A stretch of DNA of 64,000 bases from NCBI RefSeq assembly GCF_006345805.1, contig NC_042998.1:177320001-177384000 (forward strand). Direction: 5' to 3'. Of this stretch, positions 1-13,498 are shown one piece after another. Origin of the DNA: Octopus sinensis (Eukaryota). The notes under the pieces were generated by a model, which saw only the letters and a program-made list of their open reading frames with translations, was not told the origin of the DNA and ran no database searches. Numbering within the stretch: the stretch's first letter is position 1; each line of letters begins with the position of its first letter. Both the position numbers and the translations under genes were made by a program.

Positions 1-55
1 TGAGACTCAATATCCGATGGTCACATCTCCATACCAGCTCAATCTTCTCTCTTGC

Positions 56-96
<41 letters not shown>

Positions 97-532
97 GATC
101 AGAGAATATGTTAACTTCGTGATGGAATTATTGCATCCCAGGAAATACTGGTTCAATACCTAGTATTTTGGAGGAATGAAATTCCCTTAAAACGATAGGT
201 ATATATAAAGCATATAGTTTATATCTATTTAAAAGAAGAAAGGAAAATGAAGATAAGGAAGTTAATAACTGTTTATTGTTATTAATAAATTGGACATCTT
301 CGCTTCTTACAGCTGTTTCAATTAATACTCAATGATTTAATAAAAAATTTGTACATTAAATTTACACTTATGTGACATGAGTATAATTTCATCAGAGGAA
401 AAGAGATGTACCTTTCGATGTTATATGTGGGCATATCAATTCGTTTCGGCAGACTGAAACATATATATATATGATTGATTGATTGATTTTAGTTTCAGCT
501 CATGAGCTGTGGCCATGCTGGGGCACCGCCAT

Positions 533-534
<2 letters not shown>

Positions 535-612
<78 letters not shown>
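535..612. repeat. (TA)n microsatellite. Others at 58-92, 14489-14573, 22926-23105, 24032-24070, 36493-36548
   Basis: Direct reading. Confidence 0.97.
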
Positions 613-613
<1 letters not shown>

Positions 614-616
<3 letters not shown>

Positions 617-985
617 CATGGTTGTGTGATAAGTAGTTTGCTTACCAAGCACATGCTTCCGAGTTCAGTCCCACCGCGTAGCATCTTGAGTAAATGTCTT
701 CTACTATAACTTCGAGCCGACCAAAGCATTGTGAGTGGATTTGGTAGACGGAAACTGAAAGAAGTCCATCGTATGTGTGTGTGTGTGCGCGCGCGCGTGT
801 GTTTGCCCACCTTCATCGCTTGACGACCGATGTTGGTGTGTTTAAGTTCATGTAATCTAGAGGTTCGACTAAAGTGACCGATAGAATAAGTACGAGGCTT
901 ACAAAGAATAAGTACTGGGATCGATTGGTTCGATTAAAGGCGGTACTCCAGCATGGCCGCAGTCAAATGACTGAAACAAATTAAA
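614..985 (+). mobile_element. tRNA-head SINE family A (Octopus-type)
   Basis: A/B-box-like head (tggttgtgtgat..agttcagtccc), core gtgagtggatttggtagacggaaactgaaagaag, tail ccagcatggccgcagtcaaatgactgaaac. Several copies in this window. Confidence 0.88.
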
Positions 986-1004
986 ATATATATATATACG
1001 TACA

Positions 1005-1060
<56 letters not shown>

Positions 1061-2189
1061 CGGAAAGTTTACGAAAAAATCAAAAGACGAAGACAGGTGG
1101 TGTACAAAACAAACAGATGTATTAGTATAGCGCTCAGGAATAGAAAAAGTCTTTTACGTTTCGAGCCTACGCTCTTCTACAGAAAGGTACCCAGAAAAAA
1201 CAAGGAGAGAAAAAAATGTGTGTAGTGGCTAACGATCTATATATAACGGATATATATATATATATATATATTTTATTTATGTTTATGTTTTCCAGTTTCA
1301 GCTCTTGAGCTGTGGCCATATATATATATATATATATATACATGCACGCGATTTTTATTTGTGAATTAAATCCTTAAATTCTTAAAAATGTTTTAGCCCG
1401 ATGGTTTTTCATCTGGATAAAGTTAGACAATCTTTCATAAGTTCTGCTCAAGAATGTTGCTAATTACCTCCATTTTGCATAAGGTAAGCATGGTAATCCC
1501 ACCAAAACTGATGGCATTTTTACCACATAAAACCTTTGGTAGCACTGAGGCTAATTCGATGGTTTGGGTTTATTTGACTGTCTTGTACAATTGTTGTTTC
1601 TTTAGAACTTTGAATTTCGTGAAAACTGTGCTTACAGAAGAAAAAAATGAAGAAAGGGGTAAAGATCTCAGGTGAAATATATTCGTGGGTCCTGTGTTAA
1701 TAAGGGAATCTGTAAATTAGAAAGAAAAACAAGCAAAAACGCTAAGTAAATTTCTTCAATTCTTATTTACATTGGAAAATTGTATAGATCGTCCTAATAT
1801 AGTAACCCTCTTATACTTCGAACAATGTTGATAATTAATGATTAGATTTTGAAAATCAAGTTTGCTCTGTTATTTCATTTAATTTTCCTGTACATCAGTT
1901 ATTTATATATAACTTTTGAAAGACTTAACTTTGACTTAAATTCACCGAAGATATAAATTACAGATGAGAAAAAATTCCTAACAATGCAGAATTTTGAACT
2001 AGATTTAACATACACAAATTTGTTGGATAAATATTCATCCAACAAATGCAGTGTTGAGCACTCATTTTCATTACTCAATACTATCGTATATATGCATGCA
2101 TGCGTACATGCACGCATGTGCTCGTGCGCAAGAGGGGGTGCTGAAAAGTTTCTGGTTTTGGATAAATGAAAATACAGGAATATCAGTTA

Positions 2190-2573
2190 ACTAGCAGTAT
2201 CGCCCGGCGTTGCTCAGGTTTGTAAGGGAAATAACTATAAAGCATTTTTAGAGAGTTATAGCCAAAAAATAGCAAAAAAATGGGAAAAAAATGATGGTAA
2301 ATTTTTTTGAGAGTTAAAAAGGTGGAGTTGCGTCCCCTAGACGGTCTGTGGTTTGGGTTTCTGATTCTCGACCCCATGTCGAATTTATCGATTTTTTTCA
2401 GAACTGGGGGAACTTTTCAAAATTTTCGTTGCGTTAGTTTTGAATTATGACATTGGGCTATGTGTGTGTCAAGTTTCATCAGAATCGGTTGAAAGCCGTG
2501 GTCAGAGTGAGGGTACGAGAAAACAGACACACAGAAAACGCACAGACAAACTGCCGTTTATATAGAGAGAGAT
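2190..2573 (+). mobile_element. Non-autonomous Helentron/HINE (DINE-1/Lep1-like) element
   Basis: 5' ACTAGCAGTATCGCCCGGCGTTGCTC. 3' aagtttcatcagaatcggttg..acagacacacag..acagacaaac..tttatatagagagat. Layout matches recalled Helentron-derived elements. Confidence 0.6.
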
Positions 2574-2724
2574 TATGATTTTATTTTAACATATTCCTCT
2601 CGCAGATTCACATGCATATTGCAGTGGACCTTTAAGTTTTCTAAGCCCTATGAAAGAACTCGGAAGGTTGGGCCTCCAACCAGGCCTTTCGCAATACCCT
2701 TAAAGCCAGGAACTTTTCAACACA

Positions 2725-2828
2725 TACATACATTCACACACACACACTCACACACACACACACACACTCTCTCTCTCTCTCACACGCACATACACACACA
2801 CACTCACACACACACACACTCACACACA

Positions 2829-2902
<74 letters not shown>
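2725..2902 (+). repeat. (CA)n compound microsatellite; its (TG)n counterpart is at 3256-3407
   Basis: Direct reading. Confidence 0.97.
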
Positions 2903-2906
<4 letters not shown>

Positions 2907-3255
2907 GGGTTTCATGCACAGTATCTATCAAAGACGTTGGTTGCATAGGGATTGAACTCAGAATGATGTGGTTGCAAAGTGAATTCCTTAACCGCAATGA
3001 TATATTTCATTTAAAGTAAAAATAGTTGAAACACGCGGCTTTAAATTATCTGTTCAGTGGAAAACTGCCCTATTATGGCATCCTTTTCATCGAGTAAATT
3101 GCACCATCTGTTCCTGATGAGATTTGTGTATCATCTTTTATAAAAAAAATTACTCGCGTGCTATTGTTCTCAACGATAGCAATTTCATTTTCTGATTTCT
3201 CAATTAATCCACTGCTAATACACTAATACATCAATAATATATGCAAACAACAAAA

Positions 3256-3308
<53 letters not shown>

Positions 3309-3328
3309 TGTGTGTGTGTGTGTGTGTT

Positions 3329-3411
<83 letters not shown>

Positions 3412-5260
3412 ATATCATTTCGGTTTGTACGTGTACTGAATTCGGCAAAACATTTCAATGTTTTTCACCTGGATATTCTTTCAAATTGATGAGGTTTTGT
3501 TTAGTACAAATGAAACCAACACACGTTGTGCAGTAGGATTAATCTATCACATTGCTAGATTCCATCTCCGACCAGCAAGCAAAGCCTATTTATACTCAGA
3601 AATGAGAACATCGTACTTTTAATTCCAGAATCAGGTCTTTTTCTTGTCATTAATATAGTTTGTTTTTGCTTTTTGTTGGATTTTTTCCATCCGCATGACA
3701 TCATTTTCTGTGTAGTAGAATATTTAGAATAATTTATTTTTCTTCTATTCAGAGTAGAAGTAATTATTTATTGTTCAAAATACCGAATGCTTCTTACAGA
3801 ATTTTTTTCTTTCGTTGTATTAATCTTCCCTGTAAAGCATAGACTCAAATCTAGTTAAAAATTCTGCATTGTTAGGAATTTTTTCTCATCTGTAATTTAT
3901 ATCTTCAGTGAATTTAAGTCAAAGTTAAGTCTTTCAAAGGTTATATATAAACTATTGATGTACAGGAAAATTAAATGAAATAACAGAGCAAACTTGATTT
4001 TCAAAATCTAATCATTAATTATCAACATCGTTCGAAGTATAAGAGGGTTACTATATTAGGACGACCTATACAATTTGCCAATGTAAATAAGAATTGAAGA
4101 AATTTACTTAGCGTTTTCGTTTGTTTTTATTTCTAATGTACAGATTCCCTTATTAACACAGGGCCCACGAATATATTTCACCTGAGATCTTTACCCCTTT
4201 CTTCATTTTTTTCTTCTGTAAGCACAGTTTTCACGAAATTCAAAGTTCTAAAGAAACAACAATTGTACAAGACAGTCAAATAAACCTAAACCATCGAATT
4301 AGACTCAGTTGATTGGTAGTACGTCCTCTGAGTAGTATTTGAAATCTAAACCTTGGACGACAGAACTAAAAATCACTAAAGCTTCTTGCTGGATGCTCTT
4401 TCATATTAACTAACTGAAGGGTTATAATAAAATCTGAAGGATTGTAAAATACTGACTGAAGGATTATAAAGTCCTTACTTCTCTCCACTGTTCCATCACC
4501 GGTGAATCTGCTTTGGTTGTCTGTATGTTTGTCAGCGGTCGTGATCAACGTTGGTTCTTGTAACAACACCCGAACTAACCGATGAGTCTGTCTTATTGTT
4601 ACACCGGTAATCATCCTGTGAAAGAGATTTCGTGTGTGTGTGTATGTGTGTGTGTGTGTGCTTGTATGAGTGTTGGTGGTGGGTAATGCATGCAATGTTC
4701 CTTCGGGAAGAACAAGTGGAGCGCTATTTAAATATTTCTCCCTGTTTGGGACACGCCAGATATTTTTTTTCACAAAAGTCCGTTCTCTGATGACGATGCT
4801 TATCGATAATAATGTGTAAGATTGCTATGATTCTTGTAGGTACCATAATTGTAGATGTTTTCATTTACAACTTTAGAACACCAACGATCAACACACACAT
4901 ACACATAAACACACAAAGCCTGCATCTTATAAACACAAATTTAGGTTTGGATTAAAAGCATGTGATGTAACTGGTTGTTGTGGTAGCTGCCCTAGGATAT
5001 AAACTGTTAACATAAAAACACACACACATACCCATGGGAAAAGAATAACGCCCAAAGAAATTGTGAAAAACTTACCGACATATACTCAGCGTCGAAATTG
5101 ATATTCTTTTATTTTGGTTCACAAAAATAATCCTACATTTTTAGCTGAGAAGAAATTTGAAGATTTAAACTATTTAAAATCTATCGATAGTATAATGTAG
5201 AATAAACAGCGTGAATTGAAACAGGAACTTCAACTGAACTGTCGAAAATTTACCTCTATT

Positions 5261-5629
5261 AGCTTCAAGGTTCATCCAAGACTGGGACCACGGGCCATAC
5301 GTCCCCTGCCCAATTCAAGATCACAGCATACATGTACACTGCAACATAATTTCTTTTCCTCAACAAGCCCTGCCCTATTTAACATTGTCCCGAAAGAGAT
5401 CAAAGAGGAAAAGGATCCCATCAACTTTAAACGGAGTCTGGATAGATTCCTTCAAAGAATACCAGATAAGCCACCCATAATTGGATACAACTCACCCAAC
5501 AAGAACTCACTACTTGAATGGACCAACTTGACTTAAACAGGATTCCAATAAACCTATCAGGTGGTGCTATTAAGTTAGACATGGCCTGGACCAATCTCTG
5601 GTCGAAACATATCTAAGTTTATCTAAGTT
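5261..5629 (+). mobile_element. 3' end of a CR1/L2-group LINE with short tandem tail
   Basis: ORF 5216..5536 ends LFNIVPKEIK..FKRSLDRFLQRIPDKP..GY..NSLLEW*, followed by a short UTR and (atctaagtt)x2. Confidence 0.78.
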
Positions 5630-7702
5630 AACCATCATCTTGAGAAGTTGATACTTATCTGTGCAGCATCATGGAATCTTTCTGTCCGCTGTTTCTCATT
5701 CGATTTGTGTGAGATGGGGTAACTACTGAGATGGCATGTAATAAAAATAATCGGATTAGAGTTTTATATAAACCAATCATCAAAGAAATATTAATTAATC
5801 AGTTTCTAATCTAAAAATTAGTTCATGACTTAACTTGCTTCGAGCCATATTGAAAGTGAATTATAACATCATTCACTCATCTGAAAATGAATATATTTTC
5901 CAATTTATATGTAGTAATGAGTAATGAGCACATATCATTGCGGATTATAAATCTAAATTAATATTCATAAGGCACCTTGAATTAATATTCATAAGGTGAA
6001 CCATAGAGCACGTGATTCAAAAAGACGGGAAGTAAGATCATTTGATATGTTCAACCAGAAACATTTTATCTGATCCATATCAAAATTAATTTGCGTGGGT
6101 GTATGTGTGCGCGCACGCTCAAATATGGTTGCACAAATGTACAAATTTAGTAGTATTTGTGTATTTATGATTTTTCTTTTTTTTTTTTGTTTTTGCTTTT
6201 TGCTTTTGGGTGCTACTACGGTAAATATAAATCGTCACAAATAACCCTTACAAAACCAGTGTTCGTGTTTTGATGTGTTGGTCTAGAAAATGCAGATGCC
6301 ATAAAAACAGCCAGATATGACGGGTCTGTTTAAATGGGGTTGGGCGTTCGGTAAATTCGGAATTTCAAGGATTTGTTGAAGAATCGGAAGCGTGGCCACA
6401 TCTCAACCAGAGGATGAGAGATCTGTGGAAGGAAACTAAAAAGGAAACAGCGTTCAGCTTCTGAGGATCATTAACTTTTGTTAACAAATTTCACCTCCTC
6501 CCATCCCATAAAAAGACACTATTTCATCGATGCATTTTTGTTTCTTTATATCTCGAGGATGTGGACATTGCTCAAAAGATGACTGAAGAGCAAAGCTGAA
6601 CATTCATAATGTATGTGACGTATTTAAACGTTCTTTGCTGGCAGATGAGTAATAATGGTTTCTAACTTAGGTCAACGCCTGCAATTTTTTGGAAAGTGAA
6701 CATTAATCGATAATATCGACCCCAGTACTTGACTGGTACTCTTATTTTTCGTTACCGGCCGGATGAAATGCAAAGTTGATCCCTACGAAATTTGAACAAA
6801 GAACGTAATAAGCCAGAAGAAATATGGCTAGGCATTTTCTCTGTCGCTCTAACAACTCAGCCAGCTTACCACCTTGCAGACGAATAATATTTGCTTCACA
6901 TTTGGACACAAGGCTGCAGATAAGTAATAATAATTGTGTGTTTGTTGTTGTTGTTTAGACATAGGTCAACTTTCATGGAGAAGATCCATGATTAAAATCA
7001 TTCCTACTGTGACCATTTTCTTGTATGTCTAGGACTACATCAGCCAATATGATGGAATATGGCTGCTATTTCTAGTAGGTTCAGCGACCATGCACAGTCG
7101 CCGTCGTTGGCTCGTGCAATGATGTTTTAAAGAAATGCGTAATATTTTATTAATATTGTGTGACAATATAACTTGCTTTAATCAATTAATTAGAGCCTAA
7201 GGTGCTGCTTAATTAACTAGACTAGGGAAAAGGAGATTCCACTTGCACTTCCATGTAATACTGTCTTTAGTATAAAACCAATTAAATATTATAGCTATCT
7301 ATTTAGAATCCAATAGAAACGGGTTGCGTCATTGATTGGACATGCAAGTATGGCTGAGTGGTTAAGAAATTTGCTTCGCATGCATGAGGACCCAGGTTCA
7401 GCCCTACATGGTGGCATCTAAGGCAAGTGCATTTATCATGGCCTCGGATTGATACAAGCCTTGTGAGTGAATCTGGATAGATGGAAACTGTATAGAAATC
7501 TGTTGGATGGAGTGTATGTATAATTTAAACACCCAGCCTTCTCATTCTTTCGTCACGCTGATTCTACCTGACAATAACGTTAAGGTAACACATTTCATCG
7601 AAATACTCAGCCACTTCTTATACTAATCCAATGAGAAGATTATCCAGTTGACTGAACAATTGGATACTCATACGTCGAAATCAGTCAGAGAAGAGAGGCC
7701 AG

Positions 7703-8705
7703 TGTAGGCATTTGTAGAACGACCGGGCGAAGGAGAGGTGACGAGAACGGCTCCTTTAGTACACCACACGGTCAATTATAATAAATACAAAAAGTATGAA
7801 TGAGTATAGGTGCCAGAAGGAAAAGAGAGACACAACCGGTAGAATGTTTAAGAGAAACATTTTATTGATAGGTTAATATGTGTCTGTGTGTGCGTCATAT
7901 ATACATAATAATAGACAGGCCGTCTTGTATACAAAGTGTATGTGTACAAACATGGGTGTATGCGTGTGTGATAAGTACAGAGCATTGAAATAGTCTATAA
8001 CAGGACGTTAGAAGAATGTTCAGACACAAGGATGATAAATACCAGTTCGTATCCAAGGTACACGATAGTTGTAGTGCTGTAACAAGAAGTTGAGGCTGCA
8101 ATGCGGAACCAATTGAGGCACATATCGTGCAGGAAGCTGTAGCTACTATGCAGAGCCGGTTACTAGGTACAGAAGGTTCTCGCAGGTTGTATTGCTGTTA
8201 GCCATGGTGAAGTAATTCACAAACAGTGTTGAGATAGAACCTGTGCGAGGGTTGTTTGTTGCTGTGTACGTAGGGAGATGTTGTTGACGACGTTAAGACG
8301 GAGGCGAGAGAGAAAGAGACTGCCGTATGCTGTTGGACGAATGTTGCTGCGTCTTCATGTGGCTGCGGTGGTGTTGTCGCTGGAATTGGCTGTGTGCTCT
8401 GTGGTCCGTGGTTAGACCTCAGAAGGTCTAGAACTGAAAGTCGAAAGACGGTGTCGAAGCTAGCATTTTATACTGTACTATCGGCTCACCGGATGTTTGG
8501 AAGAGACTGTCTCACGTGACCTTATCAGGAGGCTGCGATTGGTTGAGTTGGATATTGGCACGCAACGGAGCAAGAGACAAACTGCGCCAATACAAACCAA
8601 TCAGAGTAGTGGACAGAACAGAGTCCAAAAGGGTAACCGAAGGTTAGCTGTTATCTACTACGTCCGTATTCATGTATATATATAGTAGAGAGAGAGTCCG
8701 CTACA
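7703..8705 (-). mobile_element. Probable solo LTR (about 1.0 kb)
   Basis: TGTAG...CTACA termini. On the minus strand, four CCAAT/ATTGG boxes (8538-8601), TATAAAA (8466-8472) and AATAAA (7861-7866) in U3-R-U5 order. GC/CpG richer than flanks. No TSD seen. Confidence 0.68.
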
Positions 8706-9302
8706 CATTGATTACTGCAGTGAGTTCTTTGTATGCCGCTTATCTATATAAACCTGTACAAGCTAACCTACTGTTTTTGGAGAGTCATAAGGCACGCTTA
8801 CGTGTCTCATAAAAATCAGCCTGCATCATAAGCACAAAGTTAGATTTTGATTAAAGACAAGCGATGGTTCAGGCGTTGTAGTTTCTGCCTTTGAAATAAA
8901 ATATAAACATTTCTCTTATAAAAGTGTTTCTGAGTTAGTATTTCCGAAGCTAACAATGCATATCAATAGTTTATATGTATAAATCGCATGTAAATGCACA
9001 TGTGAAAAAGAAAAACAGAATTCTGTTGTATATAAACTTGGTGTCCTGAACAAAATTAGAGAAGTTTTGCCATAATTAAAAGAATAGCTCCGGCAAGTTT
9101 TGAAGGAAAGAAATAAGTCGATACCACAACCCCAGTACTTGATAGGTACATTATATTATCAATCCCGGAGGGATGAAAGGCAAAGTTGGATTCGACGGGA
9201 TTTGAACTCATGATGTGAAGAGCCAGAAGAAATAACACGAGGCGTTTTTCCAACGGTCTAATGATTCTACCAGCTCATCTCCCCCTTACCATTTCTATAT
9301 TA

Positions 9303-9505
9303 ATACCTATTTCTTTATTACCCACAAGGGGCTAAACACAGAGGGGACAAACAAGGACAGACAAACAGATTAAGTCGATTACATCGACCCCAGTGCGTAA
9401 CTGGTACTTAATTTATCGACCCCGAAAGGATGAAAGGCAAAGTCGACCTCGGCGGAATTTGAACTCACAACGTAACGCAGACGAAATACTGCTAAGCATT
9501 TCGCC
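9303..9505 (-). mobile_element. SINE family B young copy; an older copy lies at 9113-9290
   Basis: Near-identical to 51603-51805. Confidence 0.87.
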
Positions 9506-12500
9506 TGAGTAATTCAAATAGTAAGACATTGTTGATTGTGGTGGTGGCGGCGACGGAACGGTAACGTTGGTGTTAATAATGGTGAGTAGAGAAAGATAGA
9601 AGTAGAAGAAGGAAAAGAAAGGAAGGAAGAGAATTCAAAGAAGTGAGAGGCTTTGTGTCGTTATTGCATTTTTAGTTATTTGACAATGTAAAATTTGAGG
9701 TAGCATAATCCAATAATGATGAAAACCAAGGCACAATGAGAAGAATCACGTTTACAAAGAGTACATTGTTATGTGACGTTCTAACTGAATGGGAGTTTGG
9801 GCAGGGAGGTAACAATTATACAGTATTTCAGATAAACTTAAGTTCTATTATTTCGTCATTTATATATCTTTACCTGTAATACCCAGATTAAATATTTTCA
9901 ATGTGTACGTTTTTATTATTTTACAATCATCATTTTTATTCTTTTTTTATTATGCTACCGCGACTAGGATGTAGAAAATGAATAGATATATTTTACTGCG
10001 CAAATATTAAAGGATTTTTTCTTAAATGCGATTATATATTTTGCCTGTCCTCAAAAACTTGAATAATCCTTTTGTAGAGTGATTTCATTTCTCATCTTAA
10101 TTCATTCCATCTGTAGTAATTGATTCGATCGCCGATATTTCGAGCTGAATTGAGTTGCAAATTGGATTTGCTTTATATTGTATAAAATCCAAGAGTTTCT
10201 CTCAGTTTCTAAATTATGGTCTTGGAGAAATCGTCTTTATGAAAAAGATACGACCGAATGCAAGAATTTTTTTTTATATCATTTCTTGTGAATAAGATGT
10301 TCAACTTATTTAGAATAACAATATTCATGTATTATATATTAAACATAAATATAACTAATTGTGTAATTAAAGTTCCGGTATTTTGTCATTTACACACGAA
10401 TGACTATTCGCATATTCTTAATACATCTAGGCAAATTCTGACGCAAAATATGCCGGTCGTTGTCGTGTATGTCTTAGAATAACTTCTCCCTTTTGTGACA
10501 GTTTTTTTTACTTTTTTGCTTACTTATTACGAAATTCTTAAAATTTCTACTCGGTGGTAATCAAGTATAGCACTATTTCATTCTTTTTAGAAACCCTCAA
10601 CATGACGTAACCCGAGGTATATTAATTAAATATTTTATGAAATGAGACATTTCTTACGAATGGAAGATAATTACAGCCTGGAAAAAATTAATGGAATATG
10701 TGCATTTCTTTTACTTTATAGAACATTTAGTAGTTTAGCAATCACGAGAGAATAGAGAGAAAAATTCTTAGTGCAGCAGGATAACTATTTCCAGAGTGTA
10801 CTACCTTAAGATAAGATTTTATAGTGGTTAATATTTTTCAACTACAAATGAAATTCTAATGTCGTTTTCGATTTCATAGAAGACATTAAGCAACTTTATA
10901 TTTCAGATTTTATCGCTACTTACTTGTAGAGTATTTTTGATGAAAATGCTGTAATAAATATATTTATGTAACAATGTCAAGATCTACAAAACACTAAATA
11001 TGTCGATAAATAAACAATACATTATAGTTGTTTTGTGAAATCAATCTAAATTCACAAATATTTTAGAATTTAACAGAATTTAACATAGTATTTTAGTTAT
11101 AAAATAACAAAGAATGGATTAGGATTTTTTTGTGGTAATTAGTGGGATTTTACAGGGATGTGAACACAAAAATTTTAAATTATGAGGAGAGTCAGGACCT
11201 CCGATAAAAATCTTGCAAGGCTGAATAAGACGCTTTTGAGTTCCCAGCAGTCGAATCTGCAAAAAGTTCAAAGAGGTATGAGGTTTTTATTGGGAAAATC
11301 CCGTCAGATATTCATAAATCTTTCTTTTGCTCTCAGGGTCCTGAGCACTGTACTAGTTGAAACCACTCCATAGATATCCTAAAGAGAAATACGAATGTCA
11401 AGGGAAAGCAATTTTTTTTTAAATTTTACTTCAAGAAAGGGCGTGCCAAAATGGATGTGCATCTTACGAACTGATGCCTCATAAATAAAGTAGCTTTTCA
11501 AGAACGCGAAGTCAGGGTAACTGGACATGAATGTCGACCCTTTGCCAGGTAAGTCTCGGTGCATTCTAACGACAAACATCAGCGGTCACGTATCAAAATC
11601 TCAACTTTGATTAACTTCAGTTATACGGTTCTATTCCGATACCCCACCTTTCACTCTGTTTCATTAATCAAACATTTAATTGCACAACTTTATTGATAAT
11701 TTATAGGTGCATCCTTTCTCAGAACTCTTGTTTCCATCTCTGCAGGACATAAATCATCCTTTGCATGTGTCAGTTTTATATCACGTTCTTCTTAGTGAGT
11801 TCTTCGAACAGAGCTTCAGAGAGATATAGTCAATTGTTGTACAGTAATATACTAATCGACAGCCAACGTTTTATAAGCCAGTGACCTGTCTTCTAACCTC
11901 CCAGACTATAAACAATATCAGTGCTATGTTACTGATTCACTCGCACTAAACGGTTCCATGATGAGTATGGTACAATTAGATGTAAACTTCCATCAAAACA
12001 AAAAACTTCGACGCATTTCCAACCCTTAGCTGAAACCGTTTCTGCATTTTTTATTTTCGAACTTCGATACTTGTGCATGAAATAAAAGGTTCTAAAACCT
12101 AATAACCGATTTGATGGTTTACTGAGGTTCAGGTCTGTAGGGCTAACTACATACATTTTATCAAGAAGCTAATGAAATTACGATAGCTATGAACAATAAC
12201 TTGCAGCTATGAAGTATATAAATTCCATAATTCGATATACAAATATAGATTTTGTGTTACTACGGAACAAACATTTGAAATTTAAACAAAAAATTTAGTG
12301 AGGAAATGTAGTTAGCAACCACCACCGGATGGACCTGTTTTTTTTTTGTTTGTTTTTTTTTTCATCAAAGTAAACATTTGTAAATGGATTATTATAAGAG
12401 ATTCCATGTATGTATAAAAGTGATTCATAAAGACAGTAAGCAATGGGCGATATATTACAGCAGATTAATGAATAAATTTCATATATGAAAACATAGTCTT

Positions 12501-13458
12501 CTATTGAAATTAATATCCGTTCTCAGTTTAAACATTGTTTATTTAACAGTATTCTATAAAATAAAATTGATAGCTACGGAATAACCTTGGGTGAACACCA
12601 ATATGGATGAGAGCAAAAAGATTAAAAGGAAAAAAAAATTAGCGCAATAACATTTTGTAACAAAATGCTATTATTTTCGATAATCTCTATATATTGATTA
12701 GGATTTTTTTTTCTTTTATAATATTGATTTTAAACAAGCTTTAAATTATCAAAGCAATGTCTGAATTTACCGATTTTAAACCAAAGTAAAAAAAAAATAT
12801 ATGCATATATAAATAAAAGTATCTCTTATCGGTTATTGATTATTAAAATGAATCAATAATCAGACGATGTGAATTTGATTGCACGTATCGATCTACGAAA
12901 TGAGTGAGTTGACAACATCCACTCTTGATGTCATTCGCAGAAATTGCAATCGATTGCTTTACTAACATCCATCAATTTCTCATAAACAATTATCGATCCT
13001 TTGATAATTAAACTAATCAAGCCGTACTGATAAAATACTGAAATTTCGTTGTGTTTTTATACCTTTTCATTATTCCATTTCTTTAGCTTTTTACTTTCTC
13101 AAATTTTATTCCAGGTTTCTCGGCAGAAGAAATCAAAGAAACTGCTAATTGCCACACATTCAGTCTGTTTCAACCTCATCAATATATATATATATAAACA
13201 AAATCGAACACACAAACACAAGGTGTGTGTTGTTAGTTCGTGGTTGCGTTTTAGTCATAAAAGAATACATTCTCAACGCGGCTGGTATTAAAAGCACCTG
13301 AAAGTAAATCATAGGCAAGCGAGACAACTCACATCAGGTTCCTTTTTTCGGAGCGACAGACATCGATGTTTTATCATTGTTTTAACTTTTCAATGTCGCG
13401 TTCCGAACAAGGCCATGCATGTACGTATACACACACACACTCACACACACACACACAC

Positions 13459-13496
<38 letters not shown>

Positions 13497-13498
<2 letters not shown>

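Larger units (their letters stand above)
1544..4309. repeat. Long inverted repeat: 463-bp arms at 1544-2006 and 3847-4309
   Basis: Arms are reverse complements with roughly 15 substitutions counted by eye. Confidence 0.95.

Noticed and set aside
614-690. tRNA-like A/B boxes (also in SINE B and D heads)
   Set aside because: SINE heads; no complete cloverleaf.
1063-1220. Penelope-like terminal motif (tacgtttcgagcctacgctcttc)
   Set aside because: Too short to support a call without a library search.
509-3536. ORF-track entries rich in YI, HT, CV or SL repeats (here and throughout, e.g. 19746-20204, 22828-23173, 31334-31967)
   Set aside because: They are translations of (TA)n, (CA)n and (GA)n microsatellites, not proteins.
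11182-11555. Plus-strand intron-like signals (gtatga...ctcag at about 11277-11337; CAG|gtaagt at about 11549)
   Set aside because: Every spliced frame hits a stop quickly. A lncRNA cannot be excluded, but nothing supports it.
13112-13197. Strong plus-strand acceptor followed by GFSAEEIKETANCHTFSLFQPHQYIYI*
   Set aside because: No upstream exons found and the frame ends in a TA repeat.
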